A DNA stretch of 64,000 bases, from positions 17,173-81,172 of the forward strand of contig CACJPC010000001.1 of the NCBI GenBank assembly GCA_902595195.1, written 5' to 3'. Position 1 is the stretch's first letter. The number at the start of each line of letters is the position of its first letter. The position numbers and the translations under genes are program-made. The notes below the pieces were generated by a model that saw only the letters and a list, made by a program, of their open reading frames with translations, did no database searches and was not told the DNA's origin. This document shows positions 20,167 through 29,408 of this stretch, piece after piece. The stretch comes from an uncultured Candidatus Actinomarina sp. (GTDB lineage: Bacteria > Actinomycetota > Acidimicrobiia > Actinomarinales > Actinomarinaceae).

Positions 20167-20997
20167 ATGTCTGTGAATAAATTAGATGTACTCAACATAG
20201 CTGGCTATAAGTTTGAGCCATTGTCTGATATTGATTCTTTAGTACAAGAGTTTCAATTAGTTTGTGATGATTTAAAGCTCAAAGGCTCAGTGTATCTGAG
20301 TCCAAACGGCATAAACTTTTCTTTAGCTGGTAGTGAAGAAGCTATTGAACAATATATTCATTTTATAGAACAAGATAGAAGATTTTTAGATATACCTCTA
20401 AAAAAAACTTATAGTGAGACACAGCCTTTTAGAAGAATGAAAGTCCGACCTAAAAAAGAGATCATTTCATTGGGCAGAGATGATATAAATCCAAGAGAAC
20501 TAACTGGAGGTTATGTTACTCCAAAAGAACTATATGCAATGTACGAAAACAATGAAGACGTCATTGTCTTAGATACTCGTAATGAATATGAGACTCGTGT
20601 GGGTCTCTTTGAAAATGCTGTAGATCTTCAACTTGATACATTTAGAGACTTCCCAGATGCAATAGAACAACTACCAGAGGAATACAAAGATAAACAAATT
20701 GTTATGTACTGTACTGGAGGGATTAGATGTGAGAAAGCATCTGCGGTTATGCTCAAAGCAGGATTTTCTGATGTGAAACAACTTGAAGGTGGAGTGCTTG
20801 ACTACTTTAAAGAGACAGGTGGAAAATACTGGAATGGTGACTGTTTTGTCTTTGACGAACGTGTTGCATTAGATACTGGACTCAATGAAACAGAGTATAT
20901 TTACTGTTATATATGTAGAGAGCCGCTATCAGCAGAAGAGAAAGCTTCTCCAGATTTCAAGATTAACGAGTACTGTCCGTACTGTATAAAGAAATAG
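20167..20997 (+). CDS. trhO: Rhodanese-domain protein, UPF0176/TrhO-like tRNA uridine(34) hydroxylase
   Basis: Rhodanese active-site loop YCTGGIRCEKA and a C-terminal Cys pairs zinc motif (CYICRE...CPYC). Confidence 0.7.
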   Translation: MSVNKLDVLNIAGYKFEPLSDIDSLVQEFQLVCDDLKLKGSVYLSPNGINFSLAGSEEAIEQYIHFIEQDRRFLDIPLKKTYSETQPFRRMKVRPKKEIISLGRDDINPRELTGGYVTPKELYAMYENNEDVIVLDTRNEYETRVGLFENAVDLQLDTFRDFPDAIEQLPEEYKDKQIVMYCTGGIRCEKASAVMLKAGFSDVKQLEGGVLDYFKETGGKYWNGDCFVFDERVALDTGLNETEYIYCYICREPLSAEEKASPDFKINEYCPYCIKK

Positions 20998-20999
20998 AC

Positions 21000-21185
21000 T
21001 TAGTCGTCACCAAAGAACATTTGATTTCCACCATATGGAATCTCTTCGTCCTTTGCATAAATTTCAACAAATCTAGTCTTTATTTCTTTGACCTTATCAA
21101 TAATTCCTTTTTCTTTGAGGAAATTGTAAGGAGCACGAAATACTCTGTCTTCGACCTCTAAAAATTTATTTATTTTGTCTTTCAT
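21000..21185 (-). CDS. Hypothetical protein (61 aa)
   Basis: ORF only; no motif recognised. Confidence 0.3.
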   Translation of the reverse strand: MKDKINKFLEVEDRVFRAPYNFLKEKGIIDKVKEIKTRFVEIYAKDEEIPYGGNQMFFGDD

Positions 21186-21423
21186 CGTGTTATAAAAATA
21201 ATGGAATTTGAAATTTACCAGTAATTTTCAATGTTAAATTTTCATTAACTAGATGCATAAATTAGCAAATCTACTGTAAATATTGGGTAAAATTAGATAT
21301 ATGAATGCAACAAAAATACTTTTAGGCGCTTTTATTCTGCTAATACCTTTATTTTTTGGTTTTTTATTGCTTTCTCAATAAGTTATTTGAAGAGCTGACA
21401 TATAGGTCAGCCCTTCAAATGTA

Positions 21424-21567
21424 TTAGTCTATGTAGGTCCAGTATTGATATAAAGCTGCATCTGCACATCGAGCACAGTTTATATCTTTACAGTGAAGAA
21501 TGTGCTTGACTAGCATTGCTATCCAAGTATCTTCTTCCTCTTCAGACCTTACAAAACCAATAGGCAT
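21424..21567 (-). CDS. Small hypothetical protein (47 aa), Cys/His-containing
   Basis: My translation: MPIGFVRSEEEEDTWIAMLVKHILHCKDINCARCADAALYQYWTYID*. A perfect AGGAGG (plus strand 21575-21580) lies 7 nt upstream of the ATG. Confidence 0.35.
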   Translation of the reverse strand: MPIGFVRSEEEEDTWIAMLVKHILHCKDINCARCADAALYQYWTYID

Positions 21568-21648
21568 AGAAATACCTCCTGGATGGTTGGTTGTTTGGGA
21601 CTGGATTATATACAGTAATACAAGGTCGTTTGTAAAGCAAGCATTCTA

Positions 21649-21846
21649 CTAAATTTTATATTTTCCAAAAATAATCAGATTTGATAAAACAATATTTATA
21701 AATGTTAATTTTTGATCTTCAGAAATTTCTTCTTCACTTTCAACACATTTAATAATATTGTTGATTAGCGCAACAACTCTTGGGTTATCTAACTCCCACA
21801 TTTGGGATTGTTTACAAATTGATTTTATGGTTTCAATATTTAGCAA
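21649..21846 (-). CDS. Hypothetical protein (65 aa)
   Basis: ORF only. Confidence 0.3.
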   Translation of the reverse strand: MLNIETIKSICKQSQMWELDNPRVVALINNIIKCVESEEEISEDQKLTFINIVLSNLIIFGKYKI

Positions 21847-22061
21847 ATAGTTCCTTTCTAACTTGGCATACTATGACTGTTTAAAAATCTGTTTAGTTTC
21901 AATATAATTTACTTTTCTCTTCTTTCTCTTTGAATATTTGTTTCGTATATTCCAGTTTCTTTAAAATTCTTTTGTTTTTGTTCCATAGCCTTTTGCGCCA
22001 TAGCTTTTGCATATACAGACATATTTAATCCTCTTCTTCTTGATTTTTGCTCATAAGTAGC

Positions 22062-22700
22062 TTACGAGTCAGGCAAAGTAGTTTTATAAATTTCATCGTC
22101 TAGATCTATTAGGACTCGAGTTGCAAAGTTTTGTACTGAAGTTCCACAAGGATTTTTGCAATCTATTTGATCCCAAGAAAATTTATAGTCTTGATATACC
22201 CACCATTTATCCTGATAATAAAATGGAGCACCAAACAATGATTCTCTACCATTATCTGAATTAGTAATACAAATATATCTTTGTGTTACTACATATCCAT
22301 CAGTAAACATATTTTCTATAGGATGAATTTCATCCACCCAGGCATAACCCATGCTGTTCCAAATTCTTCTACAAATCTGTCCATTAACTTTTAACTTATA
22401 AAAATTCTCATTTTCAGGTGTCCATTTGTCACCTTTCCATGTCCAGAGACTATAGAGATATTGAGTTAGTTCCTTTTCTTCTTCAGATAAAGTTATTGGT
22501 TCTTTAAGTGAATTTTCCCAAGCTTCTTCAAAATTATCTAACCTTAGGTAATGTTCTTCTGAATCATAAATTGTTGTCGTAGTAGTAGTTGAATTATTTA
22601 CAATCTTTTTAGTAGTAGTTGATACTTTTCCTATATTTTCGATGTTCGCTTGATTAGTAGTACAACTTAAAAAAACAATTATAAAAATTAATTTTTTCAT
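22062..22700 (-). CDS. Lipoprotein, unknown function
   Basis: Start moved to MKKLIFIIVFLSCTT (lipobox LSC), directly after the upstream stop. A poly-Thr linker (NNSTTTTTTIYD) follows. Confidence 0.5.
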   Translation of the reverse strand: MKKLIFIIVFLSCTTNQANIENIGKVSTTTKKIVNNSTTTTTTIYDSEEHYLRLDNFEEAWENSLKEPITLSEEEKELTQYLYSLWTWKGDKWTPENENFYKLKVNGQICRRIWNSMGYAWVDEIHPIENMFTDGYVVTQRYICITNSDNGRESLFGAPFYYQDKWWVYQDYKFSWDQIDCKNPCGTSVQNFATRVLIDLDDEIYKTTLPDS

Positions 22701-23125
22701 ACAAAAATCATGCTTGTGTCTTGTGGTCCATAATGAGTTGGACACTGGTAATAGTATCTATCTCTTACAAACTGATTGTCTACAACTGTAAATGAATGAG
22801 TAGACCAGCTAACAGATTCGATTTTAAAATTTTCGTCACAATCTTTACATTTCCTTATATCTAATCTCGACAAATTTCTTACTAGCTTCACTTTGTCTCC
22901 ACATTGATTGCATTTTTCATCAGTAATAATTTCATAACCTTTCGATTGTAGAAACACTGCTGCAATCCAGTGGCCTCTGAAAGCAGCAAGGTAAACTATT
23001 CCCTTTCCTGTTTTAGAATCTATTACTCCCAAATCTCCACATTCAGGTCTGCACAAATGTGCGTCTATATATAATCTTGAATACAAATCTGAACTGTAGT
23101 TATATTCATCACTTGCTCTACTCAT
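22697..23125 (-). CDS. Hypothetical protein with a CxxC...CxxC zinc ribbon
   Basis: Contains CNQCGDKVKLV...CKDCDENF. Start taken at the second Met (MSRASDEY), giving an 8-nt overlap with the upstream gene. Confidence 0.45.
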   Translation of the reverse strand: MSRASDEYNYSSDLYSRLYIDAHLCRPECGDLGVIDSKTGKGIVYLAAFRGHWIAAVFLQSKGYEIITDEKCNQCGDKVKLVRNLSRLDIRKCKDCDENFKIESVSWSTHSFTVVDNQFVRDRYYYQCPTHYGPQDTSMIFV

Positions 23126-23687
23126 TATCCATCTCCTTTTGTAATTGATACTCAAATAAATTATGTAAATCTTTCATGTCGGGATTTCTATACCACCATC
23201 TTTCAATGGGATAAATGTCTTGGTGGTGTTTTTTGTGTGTAAACTCACTCTTCTCCCATTCATACCAACCTCCAAGCTCAGTTTTATTTGCTACAAATAT
23301 TTGAGGCGACAGTCTTGTGTGGAGATAGATTCTATCCCAACTGAAAGGTCTCTTAAATCTTCCTTTGAATTGTTGAAAGTGAGCATATATGACTGAGTTG
23401 TATCCAAAATGCCGATTTCTTCTCCAATCGTCAGGAAATCGTTTTACTCCTCTAAAAAATGTCCATTGAAGTTTTAATATTTCAAGATTTGGTTCAATAA
23501 TATTAAAGGTTACATTGTCTGCATGTGATCGATACGAGGTTCCTCTACCTAGAATTATTCTTGCTCTGTCGCCATTGGAATCTCTCTTTGTAGTGATAGC
23601 CCAAGAACCTCCCCCCATATGCCCCCCAATATGATGTTTGAAGTCAATAGAAATTTCTCTAAGGTATGGAAAGTCTTCAATTTTCAT
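23118..23687 (-). CDS. Hypothetical protein (189 aa)
   Basis: Long ORF in tight operon context. Trp/Arg-rich. No family recognised. Confidence 0.5.
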   Translation of the reverse strand: MKIEDFPYLREISIDFKHHIGGHMGGGSWAITTKRDSNGDRARIILGRGTSYRSHADNVTFNIIEPNLEILKLQWTFFRGVKRFPDDWRRNRHFGYNSVIYAHFQQFKGRFKRPFSWDRIYLHTRLSPQIFVANKTELGGWYEWEKSEFTHKKHHQDIYPIERWWYRNPDMKDLHNLFEYQLQKEMDNE

Positions 23688-23689
23688 TA

Positions 23690-24370
23690 TTATTCTTCCT
23701 CGTAAAATTTATGATTTTTAAAATCTCCACCACCCCAAAACTTAAGCCAGTTACCATAGGATATTGGAAATTCATCAGGGTTTATTTTGAACCAGCTAAA
23801 TGGTTGATCGCACATATAATAGATTTGACTGGCATCAAAAAACAATGCATCGACAAAACGGATTTTTTTCTTATCAATTTCTTTTGTAATTAATGGATGG
23901 TCTTTTCTTATGTAAATCCAAGATTCTTTAGATAGCTCTAGATATATACAATTTAATTGAACGCCACAATGTGGTCTATACCCTCCTTCATCCGGAATTT
24001 TTACTCCAGTTATTGGGTTGATCTTTATGCTGGTTAAACTTCCAGCCATATTATTTGGAACGGGAAATGAAAGATTTTTCATGTTTCTTTCAGTCTCTGA
24101 ATTGTAATGTGAATAATATATGTTCCAATCGCTTGAGTGATTGAATGTTGACACAACGACTTTTCCATCAAATAGTTTAAATTCATATAAATCACCTCTG
24201 AACCATATAGATCTTTTACTCGAATATTCTATTGGTTCAGGAAATTGATTTTTCCAAGGCTCTAAGACTGCTCCAAAATCTTCTTGGTATTTACATTCAA
24301 GTTCATATTCATCGAAGAAGTTTTTGTTATACATTGGATCTTCGTAACTTGGTGTATAAATTATATTCAT
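23690..24370 (-). CDS. Hypothetical protein (226 aa)
   Basis: Long ORF, 2-nt spacing to the next gene. No family recognised. Confidence 0.5.
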   Translation of the reverse strand: MNIIYTPSYEDPMYNKNFFDEYELECKYQEDFGAVLEPWKNQFPEPIEYSSKRSIWFRGDLYEFKLFDGKVVVSTFNHSSDWNIYYSHYNSETERNMKNLSFPVPNNMAGSLTSIKINPITGVKIPDEGGYRPHCGVQLNCIYLELSKESWIYIRKDHPLITKEIDKKKIRFVDALFFDASQIYYMCDQPFSWFKINPDEFPISYGNWLKFWGGGDFKNHKFYEEE

Positions 24371-24396
24371 ATTTACTCCTGTATAAATCAGCAGTA

Positions 24397-24424
24397 AATA
24401 AAAAACGAGCTACATCAGCTCGTT
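24397..24424 (-). terminator. Rho-independent terminator (minus strand)
   Basis: Stem AACGAGCT (24404-24411) pairs with AGCTCGTT (24417-24424) around a 5-nt loop. On the minus strand it is followed by a T-tract (plus-strand A-run 24398-24405). It lies in the only sizeable gap of the 29.6-22 kb operon. Confidence 0.55.
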
Positions 24425-24561
24425 TCGATGAGGAACTTAATTGTCATTAAGACCACATCCTACTCCACCTTACTTTCCTCTAAGCAGGTTGGCAGAATAA
24501 TTTCTTATTCACTCCTGATGCTTAATTTAATTTTATTATATTCCTGACATAAGACAAAAAT

Positions 24562-24936
24562 TTATAATAAAAAACTAAAAATATATGGAATAAATACAAA
24601 AAAGAAATGATAAATAGCGCTTACTACCAAGCTCAAAAATACTAACGCTCCCAATATTTCAGAACCCTTTTCTATTAGCAAGCCCATACCAACAAAAATT
24701 GCGGTTACCAACCATCCAATTAAATAAAGCGGTGAAAGAGATAGTTTAATAAATTTCTCAAGTGTTGATTTCTGTTTTTGAATAGGTTTATTTTTAAAGC
24801 AAATTTTACATTCATAAAAATCAAGTGAGTGTTCACAGACTATAACATGTTCACATGGGAACTCTACACAATCTGGTAAGCCCTCTCCACCAAAAGATTC
24901 CTCATTATCAAAAGACAATTTATTAGTTCCCTTCAC
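24562..24936 (-). CDS. Hypothetical protein, Cys-rich N-terminus and two C-terminal TM helices
   Basis: CVEFPCEHVIVCEH...CKICF, then hydrophobic LIGWLVTAIFVGMGLLI and LVFLSLVVSAIYHFFFVFIPYIF. Confidence 0.45.
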   Translation of the reverse strand: MKGTNKLSFDNEESFGGEGLPDCVEFPCEHVIVCEHSLDFYECKICFKNKPIQKQKSTLEKFIKLSLSPLYLIGWLVTAIFVGMGLLIEKGSEILGALVFLSLVVSAIYHFFFVFIPYIFSFLL

Positions 24937-25146
24937 TTACTCCTCCTCTAACATAGCTAAATCTTCTATCTCATCAGCACAGCTAACACACAAAGCAAAA
25001 GTAGGATTATCTGAGAATATATGATTATTACAAGTCAAACATCTTGTATTTTGAGTAGATTCAATTTGTTCCCTAAATGCTGTAGTCAAGATATGAATAG
25101 TCATATAGTGATTTACCATATGCTCTTCGAAACTTCGCTCTTCCAT
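24937..25146 (-). CDS. Small zinc-ribbon protein (69 aa)
   Basis: CLTCNNH...CVSCADE. It abuts the next ORF with no gap. Confidence 0.4.
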   Translation of the reverse strand: MEERSFEEHMVNHYMTIHILTTAFREQIESTQNTRCLTCNNHIFSDNPTFALCVSCADEIEDLAMLEEE

Positions 25147-25149
25147 AGC

Positions 25150-25800
25150 TTATTTGTTTAGATCTCTGCCATAAAAAATTACTTCTTGTATGGCGCATCT
25201 GGACTCTTGATTATCAATATTTTGTGGATAATTTCTTACAATTTTTAGGGTTAAATCGTAAAGTATTTCTGAATTTATATCTATCCACTGTGACGTGTTG
25301 TCGTGCTCTAGTTCTTTACTTACGAAATATTTTGACTCATTATCACTAGTTATACCTAAGGTTGCGACAATGATGCTCTCTTCAAATACAGTTGTAGATG
25401 CTGGATTCTGAAAAACCATAAATTCAAGAAAGATTGGCTCTTTGAAAGTAAATGTAATTGTTTCCTCTTGGCATATATGGCTGCTACTTCGCCAAACAGT
25501 ATCAAGGTTATCAAATAAATTTGAACAAGAATATTCTCCAGATAGAGACGAAGTCGAATCGCATCCTGATGGGTATTTCTTTTCTAATGCGATGAAATCT
25601 TCATAGGGTTCCTCCTCGTTTTCGTTTGTTTCATCTTTAATATCTCTCATAAATTTTGTGCCGTTGACATCGACTACTTCTTTTCCATATGGTGGATATT
25701 GGTTTGGTCTAGTTTCATAAAGTGCAATAAAGTCCTCACTAATGTAGCCCATGAAAAAAATAAAACTTGCGAGAACAATATATAGTAAATTCTTTATCAT
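25150..25800 (-). CDS. Membrane-anchored protein with a discoidin/galactose-binding-like C-terminal domain (tentative)
   Basis: Start moved to MIKNLLYIVLASFIFFMGY (signal anchor) just after the upstream stop at 25809. The C-terminus VWRSS...ITFTFKEPIFLEFMVFQN...CAIQEVIFYGR resembles the ...W.s...i.vdl...I.Ei.vyG ending of F5/8 type C domains. Confidence 0.4.
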   Translation of the reverse strand: MIKNLLYIVLASFIFFMGYISEDFIALYETRPNQYPPYGKEVVDVNGTKFMRDIKDETNENEEEPYEDFIALEKKYPSGCDSTSSLSGEYSCSNLFDNLDTVWRSSSHICQEETITFTFKEPIFLEFMVFQNPASTTVFEESIIVATLGITSDNESKYFVSKELEHDNTSQWIDINSEILYDLTLKIVRNYPQNIDNQESRCAIQEVIFYGRDLNK

Positions 25801-25808
25801 CTTACTTA

Positions 25809-27284
25809 TTACCTCTGTAGTATTTGATCTACAGTTATATCCCCTTTCTGGAAACGTATTAGATCTTCCCAACCTGATTGTTTAGCACCACACATGGCAC
25901 CTTTATCGTTTCTATATTCCTTGTATTGAACAGTGTCTATATCTAAAGTTGTAGCCATATGTGAAGATGAGAAAAAATAAGATATCTTTGGATCATATAA
26001 AATTCTCAATTGCATCAAATCAAGAGATGTAAAATACCCCATATAGTCTGCATGGTCTGCATAAGACATAACTGAATCTGTACAAAGATTGTGACCTAAA
26101 CCCAAAGCATGTCCAATTTCATGCACAAGAACGTGTTTTCTAAAATCACTTTTATATCTAGAATCTACCCATATCCACCCAAATTGACTTTTTGAGTAGG
26201 TATATTTTGCTGGGTAATAAGATCCTGCTATTTTATCTTTGCAATCATTAACTAAATCTGAAAATAAATTGTCACAATTTGAAAAGTGTATCGGTAGATT
26301 GACATAAGATGGATTGTCAGAATAAGAAATGTCTAAATTAGGTGCAACAATATTTAGTGTTCGTAATATTGTGTTAACAGTTTCTAAGTCTTCTTCTAGT
26401 ACGTTTCCAAATAACCCAAGAACAACTTTGCCCTCTAGACGATCTCTATGATGCAATGGTCTCTCTATATAGTCTTCATCTTTTGAGAGGGTGAAATCTA
26501 ATAGGGCTAATCCTGCTCCGTGAGGTTCTGGAAGTAAGTTGTGCATCTTACTGTGATTTTGGGATTGGAAAAACTCATTTAAATACTCTTCTTCTCCAAT
26601 GTTTCTTACATCGTAATTAAGTTCAAAAGCTGGATTTATGATATTTTCTTTATAAAAAACCTTTAAATCTTTTATGTTCTCATAGTTTAAATTTGTAAGC
26701 TCAAAAAATGTTTGTTCATGACATTTTTCTTCCTCATACGAAGATACCGCTAGTTGTACCTTCCATGTATTTACATTACGAGTATATTTGGTATCTAGTC
26801 CATTTAATAAAAGCAGACTTACTTTATGTGATGAATCATTAAGATTAAGTCTTACTTGGTTAATTGAGTGCATATGAAAAGCATTTGAAAACGATTCATA
26901 CATATAAGTGTTAGAGGGGATCGCTTTTATATATGCGGTTTTTACTCCTTCATTTTTTAGATTGTTCGGAAATGACACAACTATGTTTTTTCTTTCAGGC
27001 CCAATTTCTGCTTCAACTGAATTCCAGAATTCATCATTGAAACAAATATCTTTTCGTGCGGAATGCCCCGGATTCTCTTCGACATTACTTGAATGTTCTT
27101 CTGAAGAATAATGATTAGAGTCTATTGTAATTTCTTGTTCCGAGTTTTCACTGATAGCGCTTATAAATGTGTTTTCTGTAGTTCCTACAGTTAGGTACTG
27201 ATAAGTTGTAGTTAGCTGACTAACGGCGAATATTGACCAGTAAAATATCCAGGCCATTGCGAAACCTAACAGTTTATCTGACAC
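25809..27284 (-). CDS. Membrane-anchored zinc metalloprotease, metzincin (matrixin/M10-like)
   Basis: VLVHEIGHALGLGHNLCTDSVMSY contains HExxHxxGxxH plus a Met-turn. N-terminal hydrophobic anchor. 1-nt overlap with the upstream gene. Confidence 0.75.
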   Translation of the reverse strand: MSDKLLGFAMAWIFYWSIFAVSQLTTTYQYLTVGTTENTFISAISENSEQEITIDSNHYSSEEHSSNVEENPGHSARKDICFNDEFWNSVEAEIGPERKNIVVSFPNNLKNEGVKTAYIKAIPSNTYMYESFSNAFHMHSINQVRLNLNDSSHKVSLLLLNGLDTKYTRNVNTWKVQLAVSSYEEEKCHEQTFFELTNLNYENIKDLKVFYKENIINPAFELNYDVRNIGEEEYLNEFFQSQNHSKMHNLLPEPHGAGLALLDFTLSKDEDYIERPLHHRDRLEGKVVLGLFGNVLEEDLETVNTILRTLNIVAPNLDISYSDNPSYVNLPIHFSNCDNLFSDLVNDCKDKIAGSYYPAKYTYSKSQFGWIWVDSRYKSDFRKHVLVHEIGHALGLGHNLCTDSVMSYADHADYMGYFTSLDLMQLRILYDPKISYFFSSSHMATTLDIDTVQYKEYRNDKGAMCGAKQSGWEDLIRFQKGDITVDQILQR

Positions 27285-27898
27285 TATTTATTCACCCACT
27301 CTAAAATTTCTTTTGATAATTTTTTACCTCCAATATGAGATGGCTCTATAGGGTTTGCGTAATCGTCAGGAGTTGTAAAAATGTTTCGTAATTCCAAGAC
27401 ATCAGCTTTGAATGAGGAGCCTGTATTAAATACAATGTCGTTAAACATCGAAACCATTGCCTTTGAGGCAAATGCAACATCTGCGTAGAACGAATCTCCT
27501 ACTAAATTGCCTTCGTATACTGTGCACAACAAAAGATTAGGGTTTTGCTGAGACAGATTTTTGACAATGGTTCGATATCTATTTTTAATTGGTGCCATCA
27601 ACACAACTGCTTGTTCTAATATCTCAATAGCAGTGAGTTCAATGTTGTTTTTTAGAAATCCTAAATGACCTAATAAATCATTGCCACCAATGGAAAGTAC
27701 ATTGTGTGTAGTGAGCTTGTTGTTAACTTTATCAAGTTGATGCTCTATAACGTCACTTGTTGTATGTCCATCAACTGCTAATTGATTAAAAACATACCCA
27801 GACTGATCTTCAAGGTGTTCTTTAACACTGAACTCTCCTGGGTTAACGTAAACCTTATTGTCAATAATGCTGTCACCTAACAAACTCACATACGACAT
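27284..27898 (-). CDS. SGNH/GDSL-family hydrolase (esterase)
   Basis: Block I is LLGDSIIDN (GDS), block II-III is SIGGNDL. The size, 204 aa, is typical. Confidence 0.7.
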   Translation of the reverse strand: MSYVSLLGDSIIDNKVYVNPGEFSVKEHLEDQSGYVFNQLAVDGHTTSDVIEHQLDKVNNKLTTHNVLSIGGNDLLGHLGFLKNNIELTAIEILEQAVVLMAPIKNRYRTIVKNLSQQNPNLLLCTVYEGNLVGDSFYADVAFASKAMVSMFNDIVFNTGSSFKADVLELRNIFTTPDDYANPIEPSHIGGKKLSKEILEWVNK

Positions 27899-27900
27899 AT

Positions 27901-27996
27901 TTATACTTTTTCCTTTTCTTTCTCTGGTTGTGTAGCAGGCTCGTCGTTTGGAATCGGTACTGCTTCTATTACTCGTAATGGTTTTCCTATCTCCAT
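27901..27996 (-). CDS. Mini-ORF (31 aa) filling the only gap between two operon genes
   Basis: My translation: MEIGKPLRVIEAVPIPNDEPATQPEKEKEKV*. Its ATG overlaps the end of the upstream gene, and its stop lies 2 nt before the SGNH ATG. Support is positional only. Confidence 0.3.
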   Translation of the reverse strand: MEIGKPLRVIEAVPIPNDEPATQPEKEKEKV

Positions 27997-29408
27997 GTTT
28001 TTCCTTTCTTTATCTGATCTTCTGAAAAATTAAAATTGTCTTCATAGGTATTTTTCTTGGTCTTGCTTAAATACTTTTCAAAATATGGATAAATATCTTT
28101 AAACCAGTTTGAGGGATGTTCTTCTGGTGTAAATGAAATATTTCGTGCATACTCTACGCTATATTTTCTCTCTAAATATTCTTGATACCTAAAACCGAAT
28201 ATGTGAGTGAGATTTGGATAATCTAACAGGTCCCTTTTTTCATTGCTTTGGTCAGAAAGCATTACATTAAAGTGAGCAAACGATAAGAGGTACTCAAAAT
28301 AAAGTGGTAGAAATTCAGCTAAGCTTTCTCCTCTGAAATAACTAAAGAAGTTCTCAAAGTTAGCTCTTCTTTGTCCAAGGCGTCGTGATCTTAAACTTCT
28401 CTGGTGTTTTCTCGAATCAAGAAACACAAGATTTCCATTGTATTTCAATGCTTTTTCAAGGGTTATCTGAAGTGAGGGTAGTTTGTAATTTAAGAGCCTA
28501 TTTGTTTCAGAGATGACTTCAGATATTAACCTGATTTGAGGATAGATTACGGGGTGATCTTTAAATGGAAGATACTCAGACCCTTTTGTTTGATCACCAG
28601 TAAGTCTCTCATAGTTTTTTAAATGAGAATCTTGAAATTTAAATCTGAGTTCAAAATCATGTCCATATACTTTCAGTATGTTTGTTAAGTAGTTATCAAT
28701 ATATACTGCCCATTCATATGCAGCATTAAAGATTGCAGCTTCATCTTTATTGATAATTTTTCCTATGTATCGACAAATGCCTAATAGCGTTTCAAACTGT
28801 AATAACAAATAGAACTTTTCTGGCTCAACAAATTGAGATCTATATCCTTTTTCACACTCAATAACGACTCCTCTCAAAGCAACTTCACCAACAAGTGCAA
28901 AATTTTTCATATCCAATGTTTTAACAACTGGACTATTAAAAAAGAGTTCAGCAATAAGTTTTTGCTCGTATTCATGTTGCTTATTTAATCTTGCAAATAA
29001 AGTCTCATAATGTTTCACTAAATCATTCGATCCATCGTGGCCAAAACTACTAGTAGTCACCTCAGCAAATTTTTTAATTGAGTAGTAGCCACAACTACAG
29101 TATGGATTTGGAGCATTGTGGTCATAATTTCTACAGATAGCCTTACCGGACCATGGCTTCATAAAATCTTGTTCAGTTCCAAATCCTGGTGGGAGTACAT
29201 CATTAAAATCACTCCACGTTCTGTTTCTTCTCCATCCATCACTGCTGTGAAATCCGTTTTGAATAGTAAAACGCCATATTCTATAGGCTTTTAGAGATTC
29301 TGGAACAATTAAAGGTTCGATACGTTCTCTATTACAACGAGAGCACACAATCCCATGATGGTTGCGTAAATTATGTTCTAAACACTGACATTTTTTAACA
29401 TTATCCAT
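27987..29408 (-). CDS. Hypothetical protein (473 aa) with N-terminal Cys/His clusters
   Basis: Start moved to MDNVKKCQC (TAATG overlap with the upstream stop). Contains CQCLEHNLRNHHGIVCSRCN and AYRIWRF...CRNYDHNAPNPYCSCGYY. I have seen this pattern in uncharacterised actinobacterial and phage proteins (recall only). Confidence 0.5.
   Translation of the reverse strand: MDNVKKCQCLEHNLRNHHGIVCSRCNRERIEPLIVPESLKAYRIWRFTIQNGFHSSDGWRRNRTWSDFNDVLPPGFGTEQDFMKPWSGKAICRNYDHNAPNPYCSCGYYSIKKFAEVTTSSFGHDGSNDLVKHYETLFARLNKQHEYEQKLIAELFFNSPVVKTLDMKNFALVGEVALRGVVIECEKGYRSQFVEPEKFYLLLQFETLLGICRYIGKIINKDEAAIFNAAYEWAVYIDNYLTNILKVYGHDFELRFKFQDSHLKNYERLTGDQTKGSEYLPFKDHPVIYPQIRLISEVISETNRLLNYKLPSLQITLEKALKYNGNLVFLDSRKHQRSLRSRRLGQRRANFENFFSYFRGESLAEFLPLYFEYLLSFAHFNVMLSDQSNEKRDLLDYPNLTHIFGFRYQEYLERKYSVEYARNISFTPEEHPSNWFKDIYPYFEKYLSKTKKNTYEDNFNFSEDQIKKGKTWR

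Noticed and set aside
21301-21381. Two mini-ORFs: the 26-aa hydrophobic MNATKILLGAFILLIPLFFGFLLLSQ, and the 37-aa basic ORF at 21909..22022 (MSVYAKAMAQKAMEQKQK...).
   Set aside because: They are too short to support without conservation data. In AT-rich DNA such ORFs arise by chance, and only weak SD-like sequences are present.
21388-21418. Imperfect hairpin TTGAAGAGCTGAC...GTCAGCCCTTCAA as a terminator.
   Set aside because: It has one mismatch and no T-tract on either strand. Its position between two unsupported mini-ORFs gives no functional anchor.
21186-21648. A tRNA or tmRNA gene as an island integration target. The gaps at 21.2-21.6, 21.85-22.06, 24.37-24.56, 40.08-40.21 and 59.5-59.87 kb were checked.
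   Set aside because: I could not fold any cloverleaf with a GTTC-type T-arm in these gaps by eye. This should be confirmed with tRNAscan-SE or ARAGORN.
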